A stretch of DNA of 64,000 bases from Dendrobates tinctorius (taxonomy: Eukaryota). The DNA is taken from contig NW_027361924.1 in NCBI RefSeq assembly GCF_039654945.1, positions 682,001 through 746,000 of the forward strand, written 5' to 3'. The first letter of the stretch is position 1, and each line of letters starts with the position of its first letter. Positions 1 through 13,476 of the stretch are shown here, piece after piece. The notes under the pieces are model-generated. The model saw only the letters and a list, made by a program, of their open reading frames with translations. It was not told the origin of the DNA and did not search any database. A program made the translations under genes and the position numbers.

Positions 1-1
1 A

Positions 2-538
2 CATAATAAAGTATCAGGGTCTTCTCCCAATCTCTCAGAGGTCGTGAGCAGTCTAGACACAGGTGCCAACCCCCAATATATTAATAATGAGGATGGGGGC
101 CATAAGGGTAAACTAGTAAGGATGCAATCAATATCACTAAACGATCTTGAAGACTTATCAGATCCTTCTGACCAGTCATTTGTCAAGTCAAGAAGAAAAA
201 GAAATGTATACGTGGACTGGGAGGTGCAAGACGCCAAGGAAGGTGTTTCATCTTCTATAACTGAGAAGCCAAGATCCATCCAGACAGTGGTCTCCATCCA
301 TGACTGGAAAGATAATATGGAGATGGAAGACCATATGGAGGAAAAACAGCGGAAAGATTCTGGTTTTGTGGAACATCTGTCACCAAAGACATCAATTTCT
401 TTAGATGATACTGACACCACAGCCCCACTTGTGCCAGAAAGACCTACAATGCAAGAGATCCAGTCTAGATGTACCAGCACAACCAAGATAGCTGCTCTAC
501 AGGGGAGTGGATTAACCCATGGTAAGAACTATAAATAA
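2..538 (+). CDS. noxo1: Terminal coding exon (partial gene, upstream exons outside window) of a NOXO1-like paralogue
   Basis: The frame is open from position 2 to TAA at 538. The C-terminus APLVPERPTMQEIQSRCTSTTKIAAL matches the NOXO1/p47phox proline-rich tail and parallels PPVPQRPKQHEIINSCTSVTRTAL in the downstream copy. AATAAA overlaps the stop region. Confidence 0.75.
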   Translation, partial: HNKVSGSSPNLSEVVSSLDTGANPQYINNEDGGHKGKLVRMQSISLNDLEDLSDPSDQSFVKSRRKRNVYVDWEVQDAKEGVSSSITEKPRSIQTVVSIHDWKDNMEMEDHMEEKQRKDSGFVEHLSPKTSISLDDTDTTAPLVPERPTMQEIQSRCTSTTKIAALQGSGLTHGKNYK

Positions 539-544
539 ATAAAA

Positions 545-1545
545 AAAACTTGCAAGGAACCTCCACCATGCTTCTCTATTCCCTGCAGAGCCTCATTATT
601 GTGCTGCTCTCCAGCCCTTCAATAGACAACCTGTCTTCTACTTCAGCCAAATATTTCACACTTTGACTCATCAGTCCAGAGCACCTGCTGCCATTTTTAT
701 GCACACTAGTTAATACATATTTGTGTATAGTTGAGTCACTCCATCTTTTTTTCATGTAGAAAGTTTGTGGTTTAGGCAGCAATCATTCCATGAAGACCAG
801 CTCTTGCCAGACTTTTGTGAAGTTCTGAGTTGATAGCTCTGCTGGACATCTTCCGATTTCCACAGAACGTAAGAATGATGTGTCTGTGATCTGCTGCGCT
901 AAGTTTCCTTGGATCTCTGCATCAACAGCCTCAGTTTTGCCCGTCTGTTGGTGCTTCTACAAAAGAGCCTGAACAGTAGATCTTGAAGCCCCAGTCTGCT
1001 TTACAATCTTTGCCTGGGAGACACCTTCCTGATGCAGTGTAACTACCTTGTGTCTTGTTGCTGTGCTCAGCATTGCCATGGTGAATAACATGTGACATGA
1101 AACTGTCTTCCACAACCTTTGTGGCAGAGTTTGGCTGATCCTGATGCAGTATAACTACCTTGTGTCTTGTTTCTATGCTCACTATTGCCTTAGTAGCACA
1201 GTTTGGCTATTCTTCACCCAACTGTTAGCCTCCTACACAACTGTTTCTGTATATGAAATTGATGATCATTATTGCCTGTTTGTAGAATTGGTTACTCACA
1301 CCTTTGACTATAATCCTACATAATCCTTGATTATGTGCACGCGTACTCAGAAGAATTGATGCTGTTTTGAAGACAAAGCACGCTTACTAAATATTGATGG
1401 AATTCAGATTTCTTTTTTTGCTCATTCACTTTTCATTTTGTCAGTTGTTACAAAATAAACTATTAACACTTCTATTTGTGAAAGCTTCTTACTTTGCAGC
1501 AATTTTTTTTTTTACTTTTCTGCCTAAAATATGTGCACAGTACTG
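545..1545 (-). mobile_element. Degenerate Tc1/mariner DNA transposon fragment
   Basis: Broken transposase N-terminus (SIETRHKVVILHQ...). The terminus ...TGTGCACAGTACTG|TA at ~1545 resembles a Tc1 TIR. Frameshifts and an internal duplication are present. Confidence 0.7.
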
Positions 1546-2589
1546 TAAATCTCAAGCAAATAATCCTCCACCCTCAGACGTAAGAGATTTTGTTTGTCAG
1601 GAGCATTTCCGAGAAGCAGGTGACAATCTGGTATCTGACTCCACATCCTTCAAGGATAGTTTCATATTAGCTGTAACAAGGCTGATTTCCCCGCAGACGG
1701 CTTAGGTGCATGCCGCCTGGCAGGTGTAGGGTGACTTCACCTCTGCTGCATCACCTGCTGGTGGATTTTTCACTTGCAACTATTTTACAATACACATACT
1801 TGATGTGTTAGGTATACTTTTTTTATTAATTAATATTGTTATTATTTTTTATAAGGTATGCATAAGGGAAGCATTAACCAGCACTAGGGGCCCGTTTAAA
1901 GGGAATCCAATTTTTTGCTCTCCCTTCTGAGAACAGCATGATGAAGTGGCAAAGACCCCGATTCCAGTGATGTATCACTTACAAGGCTGTTTGCTGCAGT
2001 TTTGTTAAAATCACAGTTTTCTCTGCTGCAGATCTAGCAGAGCTCGGAATGCTGAGCCACGTATAACCCCGCTCACACCACTAATTGGCTACTTTCTGTG
2101 TACACTGTGCATAGGTAGAAAGCTGTCAATCAATGATGGAGGTAGTGTTATACATAGCAAATGTATATGGAGGACTAAATAACAGCAGTTTTACTAGTCC
2201 TCCAGTTAGAATCTCCTTCTGATAAAACTATGATTTTATCAAAACTACAGCAAACAGCCCAGTAAGAAGTATTCAGGAGAAACGCGGCAATTACACCAGG
2301 TCAAACAAATTAGATATTTAGGGAAAGTGACAAGTCTATTAAAAGTGGTTGTCTAGGACTTTTTTTTTTGCTATGTGCTTAATATCAACAGGCAGGTAGT
2401 TGCCAGCAGAGGCAATTACCCACCTGTTCTACCCAGCTCCTGCTGACAATTCAGCTGCTCCACGTCAACAGAGCAGCTCTTCTTCTTCCAGGCTGCCCTG
2501 TCGACAGGGCATGAAAGCCAACATTATGCTGATTGACAGCTGGCTCCCCACAGTTAGGCAGCAGGGAGCCAGCTTTCAATCAGCATGAT

Positions 2590-2757
2590 TCCATGTTTGC
2601 GTGGGTTTCTTCGGATTCCTCCCACATTCCAAAGACATACTGATAGGGAATTTAGATTGTGAGCCCCATCTGGGACAGTGCCAATAATGTCTGTAAAGCG
2701 CTGTGGAATTAATGGCGCTATATAAATGAGTAAAATAAATATTAATAAAATAAATTT
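2590..2757 (+). mobile_element. SINE fragment (V-SINE-like core with L2-type 3' tail)
   Basis: GCGTGGGTTTC...CCTCCCACATTCCAAAGACATAC core, then GGGAATTTAGATTGTGAGCCCC...TGTAAAGCGCTG...GCGCTATATAAA tail. Related tails recur at ~8330 and ~26690. Confidence 0.65.
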
Positions 2758-2792
2758 CGAGAGTCACACCCCGTCAACAGAGCAGAAGAGAA

Positions 2793-3547
2793 AACACAAA
2801 AATTGAGCTTGGTTTGAGTTGGTACACATGCAGCATATGATTGCATGTTCACATGGCCAAAAAGCATACAAAACCTACAAAAGACAAAATGAAAAAACCC
2901 TGCTGTAATTAAATAAGTAAAAAGCAAAAGTGCATTTAAATCATACAGAGTTCTTAGTAATACTGTATTTGATCAAACATAGCATAAAAGCCGTCCCACC
3001 ATCGACAAGGTGACTCTGTGGTCGGGGCGGTCCTACACTGTCTAGTATTAAAAACCTTATCATGTGTCAATGTTGACATCTGTGTGAATAAGGGCAGACA
3101 AGGACCGGGTCCCAACCACTGGACACCAGTCAGGGGAAGCCTTTAAATACAATTCCCAGCTCAGGAGAGGGAGGCCACACCCCAGCTTGCACAGAATGTG
3201 TTTTTTCTTTGTATTTTTGCATTCTGTGCAAGCTGGGGTGTGGCCTCCCTCTCCTGAGCTGGGAATTGTATTTAAAGGCTTCCCCTGACTGGTGTCCAGT
3301 GGTTGGGACCCGGTCCTTGTCTGCCCTTATTCACACAGATGTCAACATTGACACATGATAAGGTTTTTAATACTAGACAGTGTAGGACCGCCCCGACCAC
3401 AGAGTCACCTTGTCGATGGTGGGACGGCTTTTATGCTATGTTTGATCAAATACAGTATTACTAAGAACTCTGTATGATTTAAATGCACTTTTGCTTTTTA
3501 CTTAATTATAGCAGGGTTTTTTTCATTTTGTCTTTTGTAGGTTTTGT
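2793..3547. mobile_element. Head-to-head inverted insertion with 14-bp TSD (probable Penelope-like pLTR fragments)
   Basis: Near-perfect arms 2867-3198 / 3220-3548 with a 21-nt spacer. Direct repeat AGAGCAGAAGAGAA at 2779-2792 and 3548-3561. The Penelope assignment is inferred from architecture only. Confidence 0.6.
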
Positions 3548-4454
3548 AGAGCAGAAGAGAAGCAGCTGTTCTGTCGACCTTACGTCAGCGGCGATCTGTG
3601 ACCCCTATGTGCCGGCAGAGATCGGCGCCAGGCACAACAGGCAGGTGGGTAACAACTATCTGCCTGTTAGATCTTTGGCCTATAGTAAAAATAAATTGTC
3701 CTGGATAACCATTTATTGGGATAATGGCACAACCATATTTAATAAATCCTGAAAACCACAAGTACCATAACACCTCTCTGTAGAGCCACCACTTACGTAA
3801 CGTTTAGTGAGTTTTTCTCTGAGGTTTCGCTGCATATCTAGGGTAGCTCCATGTCTGCTGTGTCCTGGATACATGGATTACAACGTGGTGACTTGTCTTA
3901 AAGAACATGTGTAAGGAGGACAGATTCCCTCCAGCCTCTTCTCTCATTTTTATCATAATGAGCTCTTGCAACTTTCAGATTCATGTTATGGAATGAGGAA
4001 ACAATACATCATTGTATCCATTGTGATTTTCCCGTGGTCTGGTGGATTTGTTTTTTCAAGGACAACCTCCTCAAACCACAGCAAGTTTCTACCGCTTCTT
4101 GGGGTATAGTCACAGGACATCTTTTCTACAAACCCACCAAATTTTTGAAAGGGAAAGAAGCTTTAGGACAATGCCTGTGATCTATTTCCTGAAGCATTTT
4201 CATTGACGTTTCTTCCATCCTCTTTGTAGCGGCTCCGACACCGGCAATGTTTTGTTTTGTAATTTAAACTTAAAAAGTCACCAAAAGAACGAACGTCTTT
4301 TAACTACTTCCTGCTTTGAAAGCCTGAAGCGTTTAAAAGAAATTACAAAAGATGGCACATATGCACAGCGAGTCATTATTATAGTGCTTTGCATTATTTC
4401 CTTTTTTACTGCTTACAGCAGAATCCGCCTGAAAAAGACACAACCTGGGCTTCC

Positions 4455-4817
4455 ATAACCTCTCAGCAGTGCCACAGGCTGATCGCCTCCATGCCATTGA
4501 TGCAGTAACTGATGTCAAAGGAGCCCCGACCAAGTACTGAGTGCATTTACTGATCATACATTTCAGGAGGACAACATTTAGGATTTTACAATCATTTTTC
4601 AAGCTGGTGTTATAAAGTATTCTAATTTACTGAGATAATGACTTTCGGGTTTTCATTGGCTGTAAGCCATAATCATCAACATTAACAGAAATAAACCCGT
4701 GACATAGATCACTCTGTGTGTAATGACTCTATAGAATATAGGAGAGTCACTTTTTGTGTCAAAAACTGAAATAAATTCACTTTTTAATGATATTCTAATT
4801 TTGTGAGAAGCACCTGT
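4455..4817 (-). mobile_element. Tc1-like non-autonomous fragment
   Basis: Ends in ATATTCTAATTTTGTGAGAAGCACCTG|TA, a Tc1 TIR followed by TA. Internal sequence is typical of Tc1 derivatives. Confidence 0.6.
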
Positions 4818-7800
4818 ATGTAACATGATCAATTTAGTTATATTTCTTGAGAACTGGAACTTTTGGCTCAACGGCGGCATAAATATATATTTTTCTTTCT
4901 TCTTAATTACTATGTTTTATTTATTTATTTTTTTAAATTTTACTTTAGGGGATATCGTTTTTTTTTTTTTCAATTTTACACTACATATTTCTGCATGCAG
5001 CCGATATAGCAGCCCCACTTGTATGGGAAACTAGCCAGGTTGAGTTGCCATATTAAGTGTTGGGTGTGATTAGACATTGATGACATATCCTACGGATTGC
5101 CATCAGTATCAAAGTGCAGGTCAATAGTCGATAAAATATGACTTGCATGGATTCACACCATAAATGGTGCAGACGTGCTGGCGAATGTGGTTAAGGTTCT
5201 CCAAGAGTCCGTGACTTTTTTGAGCTTCTTGGATTCTTGAAGATTCTTTCTTAATTCCTGGAAGTAGCTGACTATGGTTTCTTATCCTAATTTGCGGCAG
5301 GAAGAGATGCTCTGGAGCACAAACTGCTGCTCTTCGTACGCTGATGAATAATAAAATGATATTATAATTACTTTGCTATTTCCTCCTAAGTAAGGAATTT
5401 GGAGAGTTTATTGTGTCCTCGTTATTTCTCACATACACTGTATAACGGATGATATTATGTCAGCAGCGAGATGTTTTATGCCAAGGGATTGAGGAAGTTC
5501 GATATATATTTTGCAGGTATATTTAATCTGCATGATTCACGTGCTAATTATAGATGTGCGCACATGACGGGGATATTACAAGTCGCCACATATGACCTAT
5601 ATTATTCCACCTGCTCCAGCCTAGCTGTCAGTATCTGGAAATACAGGGGTGGATCCATTTTTTTTTGTTTTGTAATCTGAATACAACCCATTGAACTTCC
5701 ATGTTGCTGCGGTGCACGATAAAGGCTGCCAGAAACGTCTAGGAGTGGTGGTCGGGAAAGGGGGAAATTAGAGGATCAGACAGAAAATCTTGGATCCATT
5801 TTTCTACCTGCAATAATTTGGCAGTTTCCACCAATATTACGCTAGGGATCCCGATGAAATTATCTTAAAGGGATTTTTCCACTTTTGGGGACATTTTTTA
5901 TTTTCTTGCCAAAATATGCGTATTTTTGGCTATAAATAATGTTTGTAATTGGGTTTCATGAAACAAATGTCACCGTTTGCCTTCTATAGCTTCTGACTAG
6001 TTCTGTCTGCAAAATTGGGTTAAGTGGGAATCTGTCAGTGAGCTCATTCGAACAGCCCAATAGTTGAGTTTCTAACTCTTTTATCTGTCGCTTCCTGAGC
6101 TCCTCTCAGCTGATTTATGGCTACAGAGCACATCATAGTGGAGTATTCAGGAAAACAAAGAGTCTTTAAAAGCCAAAAAATGCAACATTTTTAATAAAAT
6201 CCATTTGCAAAAATGAATTTTGGCAATAAATACATACATTTCCGTAAAAAAAATAAATGCACCCAAAAGTGTCTAAATCCCCTCCCCTGCATGTCTATAT
6301 CCCTGGTGATCTAGGGCAGAGCTGCAAGAATAAACAAATAGAGGCTCTAACTTCTTCACAGAGATTGCTCGCCGTCGGTAGGGTCCTGTGTGTCTGCCAC
6401 ACATTGCTGCTGCTTTCTCACGTCACTCAGTCTTGTCTAGCATTTTGACAAATGTATAACTTTTTTGGGTGCAACTTGGACATGTCGGCCATTAAGAATC
6501 ATATATTTTGGCTGTGCCCTCAGTTCCTTCTGATGACCATTGATTCATAGCAGGAATACTTGGAGGTTGTTTTTGCTCTTATTCTCTGGAATTATGTTGC
6601 ACAGATAAAATCTTATGCAATTACAATAGCAATAAATAAACCTTATCCCTTCCCAAAAACATGCAATACAAAGAGATCAAAACATCTTATGTGGCATGAG
6701 GGACGTGCTGGGTCTCTTAGAATTTTACGCGATCCCCAACTTACACGATATCTTCACCCCTGGAGATTCCAGGTAGGAAATATTGTCATCATGCTCATTG
6801 TCGCAATTTTATCTTTATATAGACATGAAATATGACATGGATAGCACCATCCCTTGGACCGTTATTAAGTTGGAAAGGCTTCCAGTGATGTAAGAGAATG
6901 TGTTCTGTTCATCCCTTCGCTACAACTCTGAAAATATCTCTCCCATAAATATCAGATCGATGCAAACCCCAAAATTCATATCTGTACACAGGCACCTGCT
7001 GGTCTCTCGACAGATTATTTGATCAAAAGAAACCCTTTCCCGGCAAAGGCAGTTTTCCTCCTCTGTGTAAACAAATCCCAAACTTGACATGTGGTTCCCA
7101 GAGCATCCCCTGTTTAATGATCTGTGCACTGCAGGGGGCTGCTGCTTCAATGGAGCTGGAGGTGTCAGCTCTCTTTCTCATTTCCCTTGTTTCAATTAGC
7201 CCCTCTGTTCCTAGGTCTAATCCTATATGTTCAGTGTGAGGGGCATACCTCCCTTCTCTGGAGATGTCTTATGGATTTTTAATTTTTCTCCAAAGCATTC
7301 TCTAAAATAGTACCAAAGACAATGGTTGCTCAGACCGCAGAAACTAAGCACTTCTCCCTGGTCCTACAACTGATAAATAGAACACTTACGAGTCTCAGAT
7401 AATGGCGACACAAGACAGATTTTTTCTTCTATAAATATCTGTATTTTTTTCACCACTGAAAAAAAAAAAAAATAAAATAAATAAAACTATAAAAGTTTGG
7501 CATCACCGTAATCGTTCTGATCTTAAAAATCATGTTGCCGGGTCATTTTTATTGCACAACGAACATGATAAAAATCCAAAGATTAATGAAGGAATTGCAA
7601 GTATTTATTTATTTTTTTGTCACCATTTCACCCCACTTAGAACTTTTTGTCCATTACATGGTAAAATGAAAGGCGATTCACAAGTACAATTTGTCCTGCA
7701 AAAATAAGTCCTCACTCAGCCATGCAGATGCAAAGAGAAAAAGTTGTGGCCCTTGGAAGAGGGAGAGAAAAATTGGCCACAGCAGGAACAGGGAGTTGAA

Positions 7801-9460
7801 GACTCGATATGCAAATCCCCAACCTCATTGTAAGCATGTGTTACATTATAATATATATATATATATATGGTAAATTAAAATACTTTTGTAATTCAGTTTA
7901 ATTAAAAAATATGCACTGTTTGCCTTCTATAGACTCTATATTGCATATTTCTGGCTGCAGAATGGGTTAACTGAGAATCTGTAAGTGAGCGCCTAACAAC
8001 TCAATAGCTGAGCTTCTGACTCTTTTTAAAAAATATAAGTGTTAAATTTTGAGACCATTAAATCCGCCTCAGTTTTGTAGTCATTAAATTTGCATAAAAA
8101 ACTGAGGCGGATAAAATGGCAACAAAATTTGTAAACAGGGGGTATAATATAGAAAACTTGAAAATTATTTAAAAAAAATCTAAAAAAGCAAAAAAAAACA
8201 AAACACTAAAGGAGACTGGAAATTTCAAAAGAGAAACTATTGGAAGATGGATCAAAGACACAAAATGAATCTAAAACAACCATTCCACAAATAATCATTC
8301 CGATTCTAACATAACGCTGATGATGCAGCCAATAATGTCTGTAAAGCGCTGTGGAATTAATGGCGCTATATAAGTGAGTAAAATAAATAAATACAGGAAT
8401 ACTCAAACATGTAATAACAATGCACAGGAGAATGCTACAGCACGCGACAACAATAGATCTTTTACTTACTAAACCCAGATTAATGGATAGGAAGCCATGT
8501 AACAGGAAATTTAGTAGCCCCCACGGGACAAAATAGTAATCGCATCTGGAATAAATCACGATTTTCTGATTGAAAACTTTTTTTTTCCATGCAAAAGATG
8601 TAAGGCGTGACGTATGCCGAAAACTAACAAAAGTGAAAAAGAATTTAGCATCAATGAGCGGAATGTGAACTTCCATACCTGCATGTTATATATTCTTTTA
8701 AAGGGGCAATATATCGTTTTCAGACATTTATTACCTAAGCACCCTATAACCAAACATGGGGAATCATATATAGGATCTACATTATGGGGTCTACAAACAG
8801 TTAGAACCCCCTGGAAAGGGGGAGACAATATAGCACAAATGTCGCACAGTGAAAGTCGGTGGCTCTTTGATCTAGATACACTTGCACTGAGAAGTCTAAA
8901 TAATGAAAATGAAGTATTTGCCTTTGAATAAAGCAATCTAGTAGGGGGATAGACTTCCAGTACCGGCCATGGCATCCCTGATGAAAGAAAACGTATTTCC
9001 ATAACACTATCACTATTCTGGGACTGCCAGCAATTGTCTATAACCCGAGGATCACTTTGTCAACTGTTCATTTCCCTTGCAGCACACCCGCAGGAGAAAT
9101 TAAGTATTACACAGTCCTCATAGAAGTTAATTGACTGTCTGTGGAATGTTTGGATATGTGGAGTCCTCCAGAGCTGGGGGCGCGCTGTGTAATGAACATC
9201 CAGATGAAGATACCCCTTTGGAAACCCTTAGTAGAGTATATGTTCATAGCCTTCCTGAACCAGATTCATATAATATGACATCAGGGCTAGAATCAGGGTT
9301 TGCTCATCCACGCATATAAATTGGACCAGTGCAATCAGATAAAAACTTCAGATTGCACTCGGACCAATGTTATTCTATGAGACAGCGCAGATCGGCAGAC
9401 TTTTCTCAGCCATATTCGGAAACTTTGAAATCGGAGAGTGCAAAATTAAAATCACACGGC

Positions 9461-12400
9461 ATACGGACCATCAGTACGGTATCCGCTGTATACGGACCAT
9501 CAGTTCGGTATCCGCTGTATACGGACCATCAGTGCGGCGTCCGCTGTATACGGACCATCAGTACGGTGTCCGCTGTATACGGACCATCAGTGCAGTATCC
9601 GCTGTATACGGACCATCAGTATGGTATCCGCTGTATACGGACCATCAGTGCGGCGTCCGCTGTATACGGACAATCAGTGCGGTATCCGTTGTATACGGAC
9701 CATCAGTATGGTATCCGCTGTATATGGACCATCAGTATGGTATCCGCTGTATACGGACCATCAGTGCGGTATCCGCTGTATACGGACCATCAGTGCGGTA
9801 TCCGCTGTATACGGACCATCAGTGCGGCGTCCGCTGTATACGGACAATCAGTGCGGTATCCGCTGTATACGGACCATCAGTATGGTATCCGCTGTATACG
9901 GACCATCAGTATGGTATCCGCTGTATACGGACCATCAGTGCAGTATCCACTGTATACGGACCATCAGTATGGTATCCGCTGTATACGGACCATCAGTGCG
10001 GCGTCCGCTGTATACGGACAATCAGTGCGGTATCCGCTGTATATGGACCATCAGTACGGTGTCCGCTGTATACGGACCATCAGTGCGGTATCCGCTGTAT
10101 ACGGACCATCAGTGCGGTGTCCGCTGTATACGGACCATCAGTGCGGCGTCCGCTGTATACGGACAATCAGTGCGGTATCCGCTGTATACGGACCATCAGT
10201 ATGGTATCCGCTGTATACGGACCATCAGTGCGGCGTCCGCTGTATACTGACAATCAGTATGGTATCCGCTGTATACGGACCATCAGTATGGTATCCGCTG
10301 TATACGGACCATCAGTATGGTATCCGCTGTATACGGACCATCAGTACGGTGTCCGCTGTATACGGACCATCAGTGCAGTATCCGCTGTATACGGACCATC
10401 AGTATGGTATCCGCTGTATACGGACCATCAGTGCGGTATCCGCTGTATACGGACCATCAGTGCGGCGTCCGCTGTATACGGACAATCAGTGCGGTATCCG
10501 CTGTATACGGACCATCAGTATGGTATCCGCTGTATACGGACCATCAGTACGGTATCCGCTGTATACGGACCATCAGTGCGGCATCCGCTGTATACGGACC
10601 ATCAGTATGGTATCCGCTGTATACGGACCATCAGTATGGTATCCGCTGTATACGGACCATCAGTATGGTATCCGCTGTATACGGACCATCAGTATGGTAT
10701 CCGCTGTATACGGACCATCAGTATGGTATCCGCTGTATACGGACCATCAGTACGGTATCCGCTGTATACGGACCATCAGTACGGTATCCGCTGTATACGG
10801 ACCATCAGTACGGTGTCCGCTGTATACGGACCATCAGTATGGTGTCCGCTGTATACGGACCATCAGTATGGTATCCGCTGTATACGGACCATCAGTACGG
10901 TATCCGCTGTATACGGACCATCAGTACGGCGTCCGCTGTATACGGACCATCAGTATGGTATCTGCTGTATACGGACCATCAGTATGGTATCCGCTGTATA
11001 CGGACCATCAGTGCGGTATCCGCTGTATACGGACCATCAGTGCGGCGTCCGCTGTATACGGACCATCAGTGTGGTGTCCGCTGTATACGGACCATCAGTG
11101 TGGTGTCCGCTGTATACGGACCATCAGTACGGCGTCCGCTGTATACGGACCATCAGTACGGCGTCCGCTGTATACGGACCATCAGTACGACGTCCGCTGT
11201 ATACGGACCATCAGTACGGCATCCGCTGTATACGGACCATCAGTACGGTATCCGCTGTATACGGACCATCAGTACGCTATCCGCTGTATACGGACCATCA
11301 GTACGGTATCCGCTGTATACGGACCATCAGTGCGGTATCCGCTGTATACGGACCATCAGTACGGTATCCGCTGTATACGGACCATCAGTGCGGCGTCCGC
11401 TCTATACGGACCATCAGTTCGGTATCCGCTGTATACGGACCATCAGTGCGGCGTCCGCTGTATACGGACCATCAGTACGGTGTCCGCTGTATACGGACCA
11501 TCAGTGCAGTATCCGCTGTATACGGACCATCAGTATGGTATCCGCTGTATACGGACCATCAGTGCGGCGTCCGCTGTATACGGACAATCAGTGCGGTATC
11601 CGTTGTATACGGACCATCAGTATGGTATCCGCTGTATATGGACCATCAGTGCGGTATCCGCTGTATACGGACCATCAGTATGGTATCCGCTGTATACGGA
11701 CCATCAGTACGGTATCCGCTGTATACGGACCATCAGTATGGTATCCGCTGTATACGGACCATCAGTACGGTATCCGCTGTATACGGACCATCAGTGCGGT
11801 ATCCGCTGTATACGGACCATCAGTATGGTATCCGCTGTATACGGACCATCAGTGTGGTATCCGCTGTATACGGACCATCAGTATGGTATCCGCTGTATAC
11901 GGACCATCAGTACGGTATCCGCTGTATACGGACCATCAGTACGGTATCCGCTGTATACGGACCATCAGTACGGTATCCGCTGTATACGGACCATCAGTAC
12001 GGTATCCGCTGTATACGGACCATCAGTACGGTATCCGCTGTATATGGACCATCAGTACGGTATCCGCTGTATACGGACCATCAGTACGGTATCCGCTGTA
12101 TACGGACCATCAGTACGGTATCCGCTGTATACGGACCATCAGTACGGTATCCGCTGTATACGGACCATCAGTACGGTATCCGCTGTATACGGACCATCAG
12201 TACGGTATCCGCTGTATACGGACCATCAGTACGGTATCCGCTGTATACGGACCATCAGTATGGTATCCGCTGTATACGGACCATCAGTATGGTATCCGCT
12301 GTATACGGACCATCAGTATGGTATCCGCTGTATACGGACCATCAGTACGGTATCCGCTGTATACGGACCATCAGTACGGTATCCGCTGTATACGGACCAT

Positions 12401-13064
12401 CAGTACGGTATCCGCTGTATACGGACCATCAGTATGGTATCCGCTGTATACGGACCATCAGTACGGTATCCGCTGTATACGGACCATCAGTACGGTATCC
12501 GCTGTATACGGACCATCAGTACGGTATCCGCTGTATACGGACCATCAGTACGGTATCCGCTGTATACGGACCATCAGTACGGTATCCGCTGTATACGGAC
12601 CATCAGTACGGTATCCGCTGTATACGGACCATCAGTACGGTATCCGCTGTATACGGACCATCAGTACGGTATCCGCTGTATACGGACCATCAGTACGGTA
12701 TCCGCTGTATACGGACCATCAGTACGGTATCCGCTGTATACGGACCATCAGTACGGTATCTGCTGTATACGGACCATCAGTACGGTATCCGCTGTATACG
12801 GACCATCAGTACGGTATCCGCTGTATACGGACCATCAGTACGGTATCCGCTGTATACGGACCATCAGTACGGTATCCGCTGTATACGGACCATCAGTACG
12901 GTATCCGCTGTATACGGACCATCAGTACGGTATCCGCTGTATACGGACCATCAGTATGGTATCCGCTGTATACGGACCATCAGTACGGTATCCGCTGTAT
13001 ACGGACCATCAGTACGGTATCCGCTGTATACGGACCATCAGTACGGTATCCGCTGTATACGGAC
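9461..13064. repeat. 29-bp CpG-rich minisatellite, ~124 copies
   Basis: Unit TATACGGACCATCAGTACGGTATCCGCTG. Three units give the 29-aa period seen in the long ORF translations. Confidence 0.97.
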
Positions 13065-13384
13065 AAGTTACAATTCTGTAAAATCGGAAACTGTAAAGGG
13101 TCGTGTAAAAGGGAGTAAAAAAACGGATTGTATACGGATGACAAGTGAGAAAAATGGTCCCACTCTCCTGGCTGAGAATGGGGCCGATTACACGAGTGAA
13201 CGTACCTTTAGGGCGAGTGACAAAGTCTCCCCCTGTTCTTACATCAGACCAGGCTTTTTTTTAACATTGTTTTCTCTGCGCTTTAAGAAATCACATGATG
13301 AGGAAAACAAGGAATTACCCATCGGCCTGAAGGTTGAGTCTTTTACTTCCTCCAAGGAATGTTTCTTCCTTGAGTCAGTAACTT

Positions 13385-13432
13385 CTGATTGGTGGAATAA
13401 TTATAGCCCGGCACCGCACAATATTATAAAGA
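13385..13432 (+). promoter_or_regulatory. Putative NOXO1 core promoter (inverted CCAAT and TATA box)
   Basis: ATTGG at 13388-13392 and TATAAA at 13425-13430, about 50 nt upstream of the ATG at 13477. Confidence 0.55.
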
Positions 13433-13476
13433 GCGGCTACCACTGTCAATAATCATAACCTAGGCTTGATTACAAG

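Larger units (their letters stand above)
2343..3712. mobile_element. Non-autonomous inverted-repeat DNA element (MITE) hosting a SINE fragment and a palindromic insertion
   Basis: Imperfect inverted ends AAGTGGTTGTCTAGGAC / GTCCTGGATAACCATT and mirrored internal segments (AACAGGCAGGTAGTTG / CAACTATCTGCCTGTT). Confidence 0.55.

Noticed and set aside
9461-13064. CRISPR-like array
   Set aside because: The units are contiguous with no unique spacers, there are no cas genes, and the context is vertebrate.
9329-13452. 933-1361 aa ORFs in all three + frames
   Set aside because: They are a by-product of a 29-bp unit that lacks + strand stops. All frames give the same periodic peptide, and there is no gene context.
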